Origin: an uncultured Gammaproteobacteria bacterium
GTDB taxonomy: Bacteria > Pseudomonadota > Gammaproteobacteria > UBA9214
Assembly (NCBI GenBank): GCA_963773065.1
Contig: CAVYZN010000032.1
Location: forward strand, 224,001 to 288,000
Reading direction: 5' to 3'
Length of the DNA stretch: 64,000 nt
How positions within the stretch are numbered: the first letter of the stretch is position 1; each line of letters starts with the position of its first letter. Of this stretch, positions 53,354-64,000 are shown piece by piece. The notes under the pieces were generated by a model. The model had not been told where the DNA came from and did no database searches. It worked only from the letters and a program-made list of their open reading frames with translations. A program made the translations under genes and the position numbers.

Positions 53354-53686
53354 TCACATGCCGCTCAGGTATGACTTGGCCTCTTCCCCGGGGTTGGGCA
53401 GTCCGGCCACCCGCCAGGCAACAAGGCAGTAGCCGAAGAGCTGATTGACCTGCTGTCGCTCGATACCCGCGTCATGACAGACCCGGTGCATGGCGGGCGC
53501 GGCCCCGAGCTTCGCGTAATGCTCGCGCATGGCGCGGATGATCTTCCAGTGCGCCTCGCCGAGCCGGCCGATGCCGGCCTCCTGCGCGAGTGACTCCGCC
53601 AGCGCTTCCGTCCAGGACGTGAAGTCGCGGACCAAGCCGTCTTCGTCAAACAGTTCCGGCTCCGGCATGACAGTTGCAGCGGACAT
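53354..53686 (-). CDS. TusE/DsrC-family protein lacking the C-terminal cysteines
   Basis: DEDG...WTEALAESLA...HWKII...AWRVAGLPNP; ends EEAKSYLSGM. Confidence 0.8.
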   Translation of the reverse strand: MSAATVMPEPELFDEDGLVRDFTSWTEALAESLAQEAGIGRLGEAHWKIIRAMREHYAKLGAAPAMHRVCHDAGIERQQVNQLFGYCLVAWRVAGLPNPGEEAKSYLSGM

Positions 53687-53861
53687 ACACATCACCTCCC
53701 TTCTGAGGTTCGACTATTCTCATCGTAGCAGGTATGACGGAAGGCGCACGACTTCCGGTGCAGGTCATGACCACCTCGTAAAATAGGTATTTTTCCCGCA
53801 GACCTTATGTTGAGCCTCAATTGTTTGTCTGAAATACCAACCGTGCTGAGATAACAGCAGC

Positions 53862-54677
53862 TCATTTCTGGCACGCCGGGCAATAGAACGTCGAGCGCTG
53901 TCCCTGGCGGATTTCGCGGATGGGTTGCTGGCATTGGGGGCAGGGTTCGCCGCCGCGGCCGTAGACGCGCAGGTAAGTACCGAAATAACCCGGTTCGCCG
54001 ACGCCGTTGGTGAAGTCGCGCAGCGTGGTGCCGCCGGCGGCGATGGCTTCGTTCAGCACCCGGCGGATGGCGGCGGCGAGTTGATGGTAACGATCGCGGC
54101 CGATGCGCCCGGCGGCGCGCCGCGGGTGGATGCCGGCGAGGTAGAGCGCCTCGTTGGCGTAGATGTTGCCGACGCCGACCACGACGTGGCTGTTCATGAG
54201 GAAGTGCTTCACCGCGACCTTGCGCCCGCGCGCGGCCGTGAACAGGTAGTCGCCGCCGAAGTCCTCGCCCAGCGGTTCCGGGCCGAGGTCGCGCAAGAGC
54301 GGGTGTTCTTCGGGCGCTCGCGTGGTCCACAGCAGGCTGCCGAAGCGGCGCGGGTCCTTAAGGCGCAGGGCGCGCCCGTCGGTGAAGACGATGTCGACAT
54401 GGTCGTGCGTCCCGGGCGGGGCGGCGGCAACGATGAGGCGCAGGCTCCCGGACATGCCGAGGTGCACGAGGGCGGTGCCGGCGGCGGTTTCGAGCAGCAG
54501 GTATTTGCCGCGCCGGCCGACGGCCGCGATGGTCTGGCCGGGGAGTTCCGCGATCAGCTCGCGCGGCACCGGCCAGCGCAGGCGCGGTTCGCGCACGAGG
54601 ACGCGCGCCACGGTGCGGCCGGTGACATGCGGGGCGATGCCGCGGCGGGTGGTTTCGACTTCGGGCAGTTCGGGCAT
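53862..54677 (-). CDS. mutM: formamidopyrimidine-DNA glycosylase
   Basis: [25 protein letters not shown]-terminal zinc finger. Confidence 0.96.
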   Translation of the reverse strand: MPELPEVETTRRGIAPHVTGRTVARVLVREPRLRWPVPRELIAELPGQTIAAVGRRGKYLLLETAAGTALVHLGMSGSLRLIVAAAPPGTHDHVDIVFTDGRALRLKDPRRFGSLLWTTRAPEEHPLLRDLGPEPLGEDFGGDYLFTAARGRKVAVKHFLMNSHVVVGVGNIYANEALYLAGIHPRRAAGRIGRDRYHQLAAAIRRVLNEAIAAGGTTLRDFTNGVGEPGYFGTYLRVYGRGGEPCPQCQQPIREIRQGQRSTFYCPACQK

Positions 54678-54719
54678 CGGGCCATGATACAAAGGAAAAC
54701 GCATTACGTTACCTCATCG

Positions 54720-54978
54720 CTGTGGGAGGCCTCTGCCGGGTAACTCCTTTCGTGACACGCTGTGAATACGTCCCTGTACGCTCGATCGGCCGGCAGTCGC
54801 TACGGGCATCCTGCGCTCGACGCGACACTTGCGCATCCCTGTGCATCGTCCCTGCGGCCGACGGTCACGAGAAGGAGTTACCCTGCAGGGGCATAGTCAA
54901 CGTATTACGTTAGACATGACGCGGTGGTCACGTAGCACCGGGGGAGCTGGGATGAACGGTGCGCAGGCGCACCCTACG
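54720..54978. repeat. intergenic REP/MITE-like remnants
   Basis: ggtgcgcaggcgcaccctac (GTAG-type REP on the minus strand, about 54958-54977) plus other imperfect palindromes. Confidence 0.45.
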
Positions 54979-54990
54979 GACGGGTGCCGC

Positions 54991-55932
54991 TCAGTGTGCG
55001 GCCGGCGGTTTGACTGGCGCCGCCGGTGGTTGCGCCTCGGGCGCGGCCGCGCCGCCGGCAGGTTCCGCGGCGGGTTCGGGCGTGGGTGGCGGCAGGGTGA
55101 ACAGGCTGTCGGCTTCCGAACCGGGCAACTGGTACTGGATGCCCCAGTCGGGGCGGGCGAGGATGAGATCGGGTTTGCGCGAGACGATGCGCAGCACGAG
55201 CGGCGCATCGCTCCCGCGGGTGCGCACGGTGACCGACTCGCCGGACGCGCCGCCCTCGTAGCGGCGCGTCAGCAGGGCGGTGGCATTCTGCCAGTTCTCG
55301 ATAAGGGTCTGCAGGGCATCGGCGCCAACCGCCTCCTTCGCGGGGTCGAGCCGCCAGTGGCCGTCATCGGAATAGGCCAGGGTCATGTCCGGCAATTCGA
55401 GCCGGGTGATGGCCCCGCGCCCCTCCAGCAACTGGCGGCTGACGAAGTTCGACCAGTCGGCGTTGAGCAGGTGCTGGTACTGGTCGTCGATTAAATAAAC
55501 GCTATCGGCGACCTGGACATACCTTTGGTTTCCCAGCGCATCGGTGGCGCCGAAGCGGAAGTCGACGTTATCCATGACCACGCGCGCCTGGGGCGGCTTA
55601 AGGCCCAGGGAGGCGAGGTCAAGCGACGCGGCCGGATAGTGGCGTGTCGCGGTGGCCTCGAGCAGGCGCAGCAGGGCCTGCACCTGGAAGTCCGCGGCGG
55701 GCAGTTCCCGGTTATCGGCCAGGAGGAACCAGCGGCCGTCGCGTTTGTTGAACTTGAGCGGGTCGCGGCTCAAGCGCTCGACGGCGATGCTGCCGGCACT
55801 CTCCGGCGCGAGCCGGGTGGTGATCGGCAGAGGCACGTCCGCGGGCTTCACGCCGGGCTTGAAATAGGCCACCAGCGCCAGCCCGAGGGCGGCGAGCAGC
55901 AATACCAGGTTGAGCAGGGTGCGCGTCGACAT
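54991..55932 (-). CDS. DUF4340-like ABC accessory protein
   Basis: N-terminal TM, LASLGLKPP; last gene of the Gld-like ABC operon. Confidence 0.75.
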   Translation of the reverse strand: MSTRTLLNLVLLLAALGLALVAYFKPGVKPADVPLPITTRLAPESAGSIAVERLSRDPLKFNKRDGRWFLLADNRELPAADFQVQALLRLLEATATRHYPAASLDLASLGLKPPQARVVMDNVDFRFGATDALGNQRYVQVADSVYLIDDQYQHLLNADWSNFVSRQLLEGRGAITRLELPDMTLAYSDDGHWRLDPAKEAVGADALQTLIENWQNATALLTRRYEGGASGESVTVRTRGSDAPLVLRIVSRKPDLILARPDWGIQYQLPGSEADSLFTLPPPTPEPAAEPAGGAAAPEAQPPAAPVKPPAAH

Positions 55933-57308
55933 CAACGGCGCCGCCGGCGCAGCCAGATCACCAGCCCGCTCGCGAGCAGCAGGAACGGCAGGCCGAGCAG
56001 GGAGCCGAGGCCGATGACGCCCTGGGTGATCGGGCCCAGTTCCAGCGTGGTGTCGGGCGCGGCCTTGACCCGGATGTTGATGAAGGCGTCATCGTGGCTC
56101 AGCCAGTGGACCATGTTGAGGCCGAGGTCGAGGTTGCCGGCGTTGCCGAGATAGGTGTTGGAGAGAAAATCGCCATCACCCACCACGATGAGGCGCTGTT
56201 CGTGCGGCGGCGTGCCGGATTCATCATCCGCCGCCTCGGGCGAGGCTGCGGCGGTGATGGCCACGCCGATGTCGAGCGGACCGGCGCGTTCATCGGTGTT
56301 TTCGTCGAACTGGATCTCGCCCTTCAGTTCGCCGATCTCGGTCCAGGCGCGGTTGAGCGTCGAGAGGATCGGAGTGGCTTGCCAGTGCTTGTCATCGATC
56401 AGTTCCAGCGCGGCGGCCTCCGGGAACACGGTGACGGCGTTCAGTTCGCGCGTGACGTCATGGTTGGGGTAGGTGGTCACCAGGGCAAAGGACGGGTCAT
56501 TGATGCCGAACGCCTGGGTGGTGGCGTCCACGACGACGCCGGGCAGGAACGCAACGCCGAGCTGTTCGGCCAACGCCTCGAGGCCGGCCGGCTTGCCGGG
56601 TTCCGCCAGCCACAGCAGGTTTCCGCCCCGCGTGACGTAATCGCGCAGCAGGGTCACCTCGCCCGGCAGCAGGTTGACGCGCGGCCCGGCGATGACCAGC
56701 AGGCTGGTATTGTTCGGGATGGGATTCTCGGCCAGGTTGACCTTCTGCACCTTGAGGCCGTTGCGCTCCAGCTCCTTGCCGAAGGCGCCGAGGTCGGCAT
56801 TGGCCTCGCCGTGCGGGTCACGCTCGCCATGGCCGGTGAGAAACACGATCCAGCGTTCGTCCTGACGGGTGACGCGCAGCAGGGCATTGGTCAGTTTCTG
56901 TTCGCTCAGCGCCTGAACGTGTTCGCCGCGGCCCTGGTAGCCGACGACCAGTTCGCCGTCGACCGTGACGCCCTCGGTGCGCACCCGCTCGGGCGCCGTA
57001 TCGGGGTTGACGAATTCCAGGGTGATGTTTGGTTTGAAGCGCTGGTAGCTGCCGACGAGGTCCTTGACCTGCTTGCGCAGCAGTTGGTCCTCGCGAGCAT
57101 AGGCCGTGATGGTAACCGGTTCGGTCATTTTCGCGAGCAGCTTGCGGGTGTCTTCCGAGATCGTATTGCGGCCGCCGGCCGTCCAGTCCGCCTGGTAGAC
57201 ATACAGGGTGCTGAGCCAGGCAAGCAGGCCGATGATGCCGATGAACAGCACGACGAATACCCAGCTTTGCAGGCGCAGCAGGAGGCGGGAGCGGGGGGTG
57301 ATTTGCAT
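55932..57308 (-). CDS. GldG-family ABC auxiliary component
   Basis: DWTAGGRNTIS, FLTGHGER, VVGDGDFLSN, GNLDLGLN. Confidence 0.88.
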   Translation of the reverse strand: MQITPRSRLLLRLQSWVFVVLFIGIIGLLAWLSTLYVYQADWTAGGRNTISEDTRKLLAKMTEPVTITAYAREDQLLRKQVKDLVGSYQRFKPNITLEFVNPDTAPERVRTEGVTVDGELVVGYQGRGEHVQALSEQKLTNALLRVTRQDERWIVFLTGHGERDPHGEANADLGAFGKELERNGLKVQKVNLAENPIPNNTSLLVIAGPRVNLLPGEVTLLRDYVTRGGNLLWLAEPGKPAGLEALAEQLGVAFLPGVVVDATTQAFGINDPSFALVTTYPNHDVTRELNAVTVFPEAAALELIDDKHWQATPILSTLNRAWTEIGELKGEIQFDENTDERAGPLDIGVAITAAASPEAADDESGTPPHEQRLIVVGDGDFLSNTYLGNAGNLDLGLNMVHWLSHDDAFINIRVKAAPDTTLELGPITQGVIGLGSLLGLPFLLLASGLVIWLRRRRR

Positions 57309-57329
57309 GACTCGGACAGGCTCTTTGCG

Positions 57330-58082
57330 TCAGTGTGACAGCCGGTCGGCATCCAGGCGGCGGATGCTGAGGCCGAGGAACAGGATGATGACCAGCAGGT
57401 AATAGGCGACGTCGGTGCTGTTGAACAGGCCCTTCAGCAGGGTTTCATAGTGGCGCAGCATGGACAGGTAGGCGAACAGGCCGCTCGCCTGGTTCTCGCT
57501 GTTGCCGGCCCAGTCGATGATCCACAGGAGCAGCAACAGGCCGAAGGTGCTGATGGCGGCAATCGTCGGCTGCTCGGTCAGCGCCGACATGAACAGGCCG
57601 GTGGCGGCAAACGCCGCCAGCAGCAGGGTGAGACCGAGCAGACCCGCGGCGAGCTTGCCAAGATCGAGTTCGGTGCCGGCCAGCAGGGAGAGCGGCATCA
57701 GGGCCAGCAGGCCCAGCAGGACCAGGAAGAAGGACAGCACGCCCAGGTATTTGCCGATGACGATCTCGGTCATCGACACGGGCGCCGAGAACAGCAGGCT
57801 CAGGGTGCGGTTGCGCCGTTCCTCGCTCAGCACGCGCATCGTCAAGAGCGGCGCCACCAGCAGCAGCACGATGGCGGCGTCGGAGAACAGCGGGGCGATG
57901 ACGAGGTCCGCGACGCCGGGCGCGCCTTCCACGGCCGCCAGCCGCGGCTGCCACACGAGGTAGTTGTCGATCTGCGACAGGAAGATGTAGGCCAGGATGA
58001 ACTGCACCACGGCCAGCACCGCCCAGGCCAGCGGCGAGAGGAACAGGCTGCGCAGCTCGCGCGCGGCGATGGTGAAGATCAT
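57330..58082 (-). CDS. ABC-2 permease (GldF-like)
   Basis: IAARELRSLFLSPLAW, PLLTMRVLSEERR, IVIGKYL. Confidence 0.9.
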   Translation of the reverse strand: MIFTIAARELRSLFLSPLAWAVLAVVQFILAYIFLSQIDNYLVWQPRLAAVEGAPGVADLVIAPLFSDAAIVLLLVAPLLTMRVLSEERRNRTLSLLFSAPVSMTEIVIGKYLGVLSFFLVLLGLLALMPLSLLAGTELDLGKLAAGLLGLTLLLAAFAATGLFMSALTEQPTIAAISTFGLLLLLWIIDWAGNSENQASGLFAYLSMLRHYETLLKGLFNSTDVAYYLLVIILFLGLSIRRLDADRLSH

Positions 58083-59035
58083 CAGGCGGCTTCCTCCGGT
58101 TGATCCGAGGGCTGCTCCGAGCAGGTCAGTTCGATGAAGATCTGCTCCAGCGTGCGCCGTTCGGGGCTGAGTTCATACAGGCGCCAGCGGTTGGCGACCG
58201 CCTGCGCAATCAGGGCCTCGGAGGGGTCGGTATCCGTGAAATGGATACGCACCCGATGGCCGGGGAGTGGTTCCGCGTGGCTGACGCCCGGCACCTGCGC
58301 CAGGGCGTCCAGGTCCGGGGCGGCGTGAAATGCGGCGATCAGGCTGGTGGCGGTCAGCCGCCGCTCGAGGCCGGCAATGCTGTCGGAAAATACCAGCCGC
58401 CCCTGGTGAATGATCTGCACCCGGTTACAGATGGCTTGCACCTCGGGCAGGATGTGGGTGGACAGGATGATGCCGTGCTCCTTGCCCAATTCGCGGATCA
58501 GGGCGCGAATTTCGCGGATCTGAATGGGGTCGAGGCCGACGGTGGGTTCATCGAGGATCACCACCGCGGGCGTATGGATGATTGCCTGGGCGATGCCGAC
58601 GCGCTGCTGATAACCCTTGGAGAGGTTGCCGATCAGGCGGTGGCTGACCTCGTTGAGGCCGCAGCGTTCCATGGCCGTACTGATGGCCTTGTCGATGTGG
58701 CCGCGGGCGATGCGATGCAACTTGGCGCAGTAATGCAGGTATTCCTCCACGGTCAGTTCCCGGTAGACCGGGGGCTGCTCGGGCAGGTAGCCGATATCGC
58801 CCTTGGCGCGCTTGGGCTCATCGAGCAGATCGATGCCGTGCACGCTGATCCGCCCGGCGCTGGGCGCGAGGTTGCCGGTGATGACCTGCATGGTGGTGGT
58901 CTTGCCGGCGCCGTTGGGTCCGAGAAAACCCAGCACCTCGCCCTTGGCCAGGTCGAAACTCACGTCATCGACGGCCAGGTTATGGCCGTAGTAGCGGGTC
59001 AGGTGTTCGACGTGTACCAGCATGTCCTTCTGCAT
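58082..59035 (-). CDS. ABC transporter ATP-binding protein (GldA-like)
   Basis: GPNGAGKTT, LSKGYQQRVG, ILDEPTVGLDP. Confidence 0.93.
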   Translation of the reverse strand: MQKDMLVHVEHLTRYYGHNLAVDDVSFDLAKGEVLGFLGPNGAGKTTTMQVITGNLAPSAGRISVHGIDLLDEPKRAKGDIGYLPEQPPVYRELTVEEYLHYCAKLHRIARGHIDKAISTAMERCGLNEVSHRLIGNLSKGYQQRVGIAQAIIHTPAVVILDEPTVGLDPIQIREIRALIRELGKEHGIILSTHILPEVQAICNRVQIIHQGRLVFSDSIAGLERRLTATSLIAAFHAAPDLDALAQVPGVSHAEPLPGHRVRIHFTDTDPSEALIAQAVANRWRLYELSPERRTLEQIFIELTCSEQPSDQPEEAA

Positions 59036-59270
59036 GGGAACAGATTATCCAGGTTTGGTCTATGACACGAGGCGCGGATTATACTCCCGGTTCGCGCCTT
59101 GAAAAGTGTGGATTCGCCATGCCGCCGACGCATCCGACCCGATACGACCCGGAACCGCCGGAAAGGTTCACAATCAACGGAAGCGATAATGTGGCTGGGT
59201 ATTGATACCGGCGGGACGTTCACCGGCGTGATACAATTCCCACCGGTATGGATTTACGAGGCCAAACGGC

Positions 59271-60473
59271 ATGATTGAAACCCTGCTCGATTTTTTAGCT
59301 GATGGCGGCCTGACGCAATTGTCGTGGGTCGGCGTGGTCCTCACGGGACTGGTGCTGAACCAGGTGACCATTGCCGGGGTCACCATTTACCTGCATCGGC
59401 ATCAGGCGCACCGGGCGCTCGACCTGCATCCCCTAGTCAGTCACTTTTTCCGCTTCTGGCTGTGGCTGACGACCGGCATGGTGACCCGCGAGTGGGTGGC
59501 CGTGCACCGCAAGCACCACGCGAAATGCGAAACGCCGGATGATCCGCACAGCCCCCAGGTGCTCGGCATCCGCAAGGTGCTGTGGCAGGGCTCGGAGCTG
59601 TACCGGCAGGAAGCCGCCAACACCGGAACCCTCGAACACTACGGGCACCTCACACCGGGCGACTGGCTGGAGCGTCGCGTCTACGCCCGTTTCCCCTGGC
59701 TGGGTATCACGCTGATGCTGGTGCTGGATATCGCGCTGTTCGGCAGCGTCGGCCTGGTGCTCTATGCGGTGCAGATGGCGTGGATTCCGTTCTGGGCGGC
59801 CGGTGTGATCAACGGTGTGGGCCATTGGTGGGGTTACCGCAACTTCGAGACCCCGGATGCCTCGCGCAACATCACCCCGCTTGCCATCATCATCGGCGGG
59901 GAAGAACTCCATGCCAACCATCACGCCTTCCCGGCCTCGGCGCGGTTCTCCTGCAAATGGTGGGAGTTCGACCTGGGATGGGTCTGGATCCGCCTGTTGT
60001 CGCTGCTGGGGCTGGCGAAGGTCAAGAAGATCGCGCCGCGGCCGGTCATCATCGCCGGCAAGCACAGCATCGACGGGGATACCGTGCGCGCCGTGGTGGT
60101 CAACCGCATGCATGTCATGGCCAATTATGCCCGTGAGGTCATTCGGCCGGTGCTGAAACAGGAGCGCAAGCGGGCGGAAGGGTCCTGCAAGGGGGCGCTC
60201 AGACGCGCGCGAGCACTGCTGACCCGCGAGGCTTCGCTGATCGACGAGGCCGCCCGCCTGCGTCTTGACGGCATCCTCGCGCAATTCAGCAACCTGCGGG
60301 TCGTCTACCAGTACCGGCAGCAACTGCAATCGGTCTGGGCGCGCAAGGCGACCAGCCCGGAAAACCTGATCAAGGCGCTGCAGGAATGGTGTGTGCAGGC
60401 CGAGGCAACGGGCATCTCCGCCCTGCAGGACTTCGCCCGGCGGCTGCGCGGCTACAGCCTGCAGGCGGGCTGA
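59271..60473 (+). CDS. delta-9 acyl desaturase (DesA-like)
   Basis: His boxes LHRHQAH, VHRKHH, ELHANHH. Confidence 0.92.
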   Translation: MIETLLDFLADGGLTQLSWVGVVLTGLVLNQVTIAGVTIYLHRHQAHRALDLHPLVSHFFRFWLWLTTGMVTREWVAVHRKHHAKCETPDDPHSPQVLGIRKVLWQGSELYRQEAANTGTLEHYGHLTPGDWLERRVYARFPWLGITLMLVLDIALFGSVGLVLYAVQMAWIPFWAAGVINGVGHWWGYRNFETPDASRNITPLAIIIGGEELHANHHAFPASARFSCKWWEFDLGWVWIRLLSLLGLAKVKKIAPRPVIIAGKHSIDGDTVRAVVVNRMHVMANYAREVIRPVLKQERKRAEGSCKGALRRARALLTREASLIDEAARLRLDGILAQFSNLRVVYQYRQQLQSVWARKATSPENLIKALQEWCVQAEATGISALQDFARRLRGYSLQAG

Positions 60474-60485
60474 TCAGGCACGAGC

Positions 60486-60518
60486 AATAAAAAACCCGGC
60501 GGTGCCGGGTTTTTTATT
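60486..60518. terminator. bidirectional intrinsic terminator
   Basis: aataaaaaacccggcggtgccgggttttttatt between convergent genes. Confidence 0.85.
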
Positions 60519-60539
60519 GCCTGTCGGTATGCCGACCGG

Positions 60540-60696
60540 TTACTTGATCTTGCTTTCCTTGTATATCACGTGCTTGCGCACCACCGGGTCGAATTTCTTG
60601 ATTTCCATCTTCTCCGGCATGTTGCGCTTGTTCTTGGTCGTGGTGTAGTAAGTGGCCGGTGCCGGCGCTGGAGACGAGCTTGATCTTGTCACGCAT
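60540..60696 (-). CDS. rpmG: 50S ribosomal protein L33 (1-nt frameshift)
   Basis: [15 protein letters not shown] then [35 protein letters not shown]. Confidence 0.93.
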
Positions 60697-60706
60697 GGCT
60701 ATACTC

Positions 60707-60943
60707 CTAGATCTTTTCGCCGCGGGCGCGGATATCCGCCAGCACGTTATCAATGCCCAGCTTGTCGATAATCCGCATGCCATTGCTGGAGACGCGCAGC
60801 TTCACCCAGCGCTTCTCGCCTGCCACCCAGAAACGGTGTTTGTGCAGATTGGGCAGGAAGCGCCGCCGCGTCTTGTTATTGGCATGGGAGACATTATTGC
60901 CGCTCAGCGGCCGCTTTCCCGTGACCTGACATACTCTGGACAT
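60707..60943 (-). CDS. rpmB: 50S ribosomal protein L28
   Basis: [33 protein letters not shown]. Confidence 0.97.
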   Translation of the reverse strand: MSRVCQVTGKRPLSGNNVSHANNKTRRRFLPNLHKHRFWVAGEKRWVKLRVSSNGMRIIDKLGIDNVLADIRARGEKI

Positions 60944-61369
60944 TGCTGAAATTCCCGATGGTTAAACGGACATTCCCTCGCAGGGGAGCGCGCTTTATAG
61001 CAGTTTGGCGTGCCGCCCGCAAGCCGCCGCTTCGGGCGTGGTCGGTCTGCCCTGGCGGGATAATCGATATAGTTCTGATTGTATTGATGGTAATTATTGT
61101 CAGGGTTGGATTTCCCGTCTGGATTTCATGACGCAGCGGGTTGTGTCCGGGCATGACCGCGTATTATGCCCGCAGCGTAGAGTTGCCGCCCGGCAAACTG
61201 TGCATCATGCACGGTGACTGCGACGACGGCGTAGATATTCCCACGGAACAACGGGCTAGCCTCGAACCCGACTACCGCCCTGCCGTTCTTTGACTCGCCG
61301 CCCTCGAACGGGTAGCCTCTGGAGCGGAAATGGCGTCGATTCCCAATTACTTATTCTCACCGGCATTCC

Positions 61370-63290
61370 GTGTTTCGTTACCGTCCTTTTAAGTATTCAT
61401 GCGCCCACGCCGGCCGCCTCACGGTGCGTATCCTGCTCAGCGGCCTGTTTTGCCTCGGCCTGCTAGCTCCCGCAACGGTCACGGCAGCCGAGATCAGTGT
61501 GCCGCTCAGGGTGCCGCTGGCGCTGCTGCGCGAGCCGCTGCTGGAAATGTCCGCGCTGACGGCAGCAAGCCCCCCGGGAACTTTACCGCGAAGGCGTCTG
61601 CCGCTATTTCCAGGCCGGCAGCCCGGCGCTCGAACAGCGTGCGGACGGACTGCACTTCGTCACTCACGTGGGCGGGCAATGGGCGATCGAGATCGCCGGC
61701 CGGTGCATCGGGCCATCTGCCTGGAGCGGCACCGCCGACCTGGAACTGGTCCCCGTCGTGGGCGAGGATGGGCGCCTGCGCCTGCGCATCAGCCGCAGTA
61801 CCCTGCGCGACGATGCCGGCAGGAGCGCGCCGCTGCTCAGCTTCATCGTGAATCTGAGCAAGCGTTTCATCAACACGCGCATCGAGGCATTCAGTTATGA
61901 CCTGACACCGCCGCGGGAGGAGGCCCTGGCCGTGTTGCGCGACTGCGTACCCCCGGCTATCGTGCCAGCCATCGGGGAAGCCCTGCGCAGCCTGCGTCTG
62001 GGGGATGCCGGTCTGGAACCGGATACGGTGACGGTCCCGCTGATCCTGACGATCCCGGATGCCTGGCGCGAACCGCATGCCGTCCCGGCAGTCGCGCCGC
62101 TGGATGAAGCCGCCATCAGGGCGCTCGAACAGGCCTTCGAACCCCTGGATGCCTTTCTCGTGTTTGTCGTCAAGCGCGCCGGGGTGGAACTCACGGACCC
62201 CGACCTGCGCGAGCGCCTGTTCGAGCTGTTGCTGGCGAGCCGCTACCGGCTGGTGGACATCCTTTCCGGCGAGGTTGAGGCCGTATCCGGCGATCCGCTG
62301 CGGGACCTGTTCATCGCGGACTGGGAGGACCTGCGGGCTCTCATCGCAACGGCCGGGCAGCGCGGGTTGATCAGGGGCCGCCTGCCGGAATATGCTTTGT
62401 TCATCAACGCCGGCGATGTGTTGCTCGCCATCGACCAGGCGGCTCCCGGCGTGGGCGTGGAGATCACGGCGGACGGCTTGCGCCGCCTGGCTCGCACCCT
62501 GCAGCCGGGTCTCATCGCGGACCCCTTGAAGTTCGATCTGGAGGTGGACCCGGAGCTGCGGCAGTTGTTCGACTTCGGCCCCGACGCACCGCCACCACCG
62601 CCATCTATCCCCCCGCCGGGGACGTCGTTGGGAAATCGCCTGCTCGCCCGGCTTTTCAGTCCGGCGCACGCGGCCGAGGCTGCGGTGGATCCGGGAGCGG
62701 AACTCGGCAAGCGCCTCGATCACTGGGTCCCCACCAGCGAGCAATTGACCGACTACCAAGGCACGGTGGACAGCCTGCTGCGTCTTACCGCAAACCGGCA
62801 ACTGCAGGCGGGGGGGCTGAAACCGGCCTATGCCGCCATCTACCGCCATCTGCTCCCGGCGACGGCGCTGATCGAGAGCTGCTGGCGTCAATTCGTGCGC
62901 GAGGGCGGCAAGGTGACCTTCCTGAAATCGTCCGCCGGCAGCATCGGCATGCTGCAGATCAATCAGCACGTGTGGCGGGGCTTCTACAAGATAGAACGGC
63001 TCAAATGGGATGTCCCCTACAACGTCCAGGCCGGGGCCGAAATCCTGCTGCGCTACCTGAAGATCAACGCCATCCCGCTGGCGGAGAAGACCGGGGATAC
63101 CGACCATATCCCGCGGGCCACCTATTGTGTCTACAACGCGGGACCGAAGGCCGCCCGGCGGTTTCTGGACACCAAGGGATCCGCCCGCGCCAAAGCCGTG
63201 GACGAACGCTTGTGGCGGCTGTATCAGGGGATCGCCGCCGGCGGGACGGTCGACCTGCAACAGTGCCGGGTCGTGGCCGCGCCGGGCTAG
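61370..63290 (+). CDS. secreted protein with C-terminal lytic transglycosylase (SLT-like) domain (frameshift near 61580)
   Basis: [36 protein letters not shown]. Confidence 0.75.
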
Positions 63291-63964
63291 AGGCAGCCGC
63301 GCTCGGCCAGCGACACGCCATCACCCTCCCCGACGATGAAGTGATCCAGTACCCGGATATCCACCAGCGCCAGAGCATCGACCAGGCGGCGCGTGAGCTC
63401 GATATCCGCGCGGCTGGGTTCGGCTACGCCGGAGGGGTGATTGTGGGCGAGGATGACGGCCGCCGCGTTGTGATACAGGGCGCGTTTGACGACTTCGCGC
63501 GGGTGCACGCTGGCGCCGTCGATGGTGCCGCGGAACAGTTCCTCGAAGGTGATCACCCGGTGGCGGTTATCGAGGAACAGGCAGGCGAAGATTTCATGCG
63601 GCAGGTGGCGCAGCCGGCTGGCGAGGTAGCGGCGGGTGACGTCGGGATTCTCCAGCGGGTCCTCGCGCCGCAATTGCTCGGCCAGATGCCGCCGCGCCAT
63701 TTCCAGCACGGCCTGCAATTGGGCGTACTTGGCGATGCCCAGGCCATGCATGGCGCAAAAGCGCTCGCGGTCCGCTTCAAGCAGCGCGCGCAGGCCACCG
63801 TAGGTCTGCAACAGCTCGCGCGCCAGGTCCACCGCGGTTTTCCCGCTTACCCCGGTGCGCAGGAAGATGGCCAGTAATTCCGCATCCGACAGCGCTTGCG
63901 GGCCGTGAGCGAGCAGCTTTTCACGCGGCCGTTCACTCACCGGCCAGTCCCTGATGGTTCCCAT
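63287..63964 (-). CDS. radC: RadC/JAB-domain protein
   Basis: [37 protein letters not shown]. Confidence 0.95.
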   Translation of the reverse strand: MGTIRDWPVSERPREKLLAHGPQALSDAELLAIFLRTGVSGKTAVDLARELLQTYGGLRALLEADRERFCAMHGLGIAKYAQLQAVLEMARRHLAEQLRREDPLENPDVTRRYLASRLRHLPHEIFACLFLDNRHRVITFEELFRGTIDGASVHPREVVKRALYHNAAAVILAHNHPSGVAEPSRADIELTRRLVDALALVDIRVLDHFIVGEGDGVSLAERGCL

Positions 63965-64000
63965 GACAACCTCCGTGTCGTCAACGTTGAGAATAGGTGT

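Overview
GC-rich gammaproteobacterial chromosome segment made mostly of housekeeping operons: nqrA-E, glgX, yicC-gmk-rpoZ-spoT-ridA-recG-ubiC-ubiA, comF/bioBFHCD, an aa3-type cytochrome c oxidase cluster, ftsYEX-rpoH, M16 peptidases, rsmD-coaD, ggt, rimK-like/argE, tag, mutM, a Gld-like ABC transporter, a desaturase, rpmBG and radC. Many genes carry single-base frameshifts, which look like long-read consensus errors. The standout is a ~2.85 kb insert in the biotin operon (about 22701-25540) whose + strand has almost no cytosine: 7 C in 22701-25059 and none in 23537-25059. Reading T as C/T recovers a complete ISL3-family IS (24250-25537, with terminal IRs, an 8-bp TSD and a recognisable transposase) and an unidentified cargo gene. 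So this is formerly GC-rich DNA with near-saturating one-strand C->T change, plus apparent G/A->T change near a 40-nt poly-T. Surviving Cs are mostly CpG. The block lies between a 28-bp inverted repeat pair and a 273-bp direct duplication of the bioF 3' end, none of which are converted. It may record a targeted single-strand hypermutation or MGE-silencing process, but a read-level or library artefact must be excluded. No candidate enzyme is encoded in the window.
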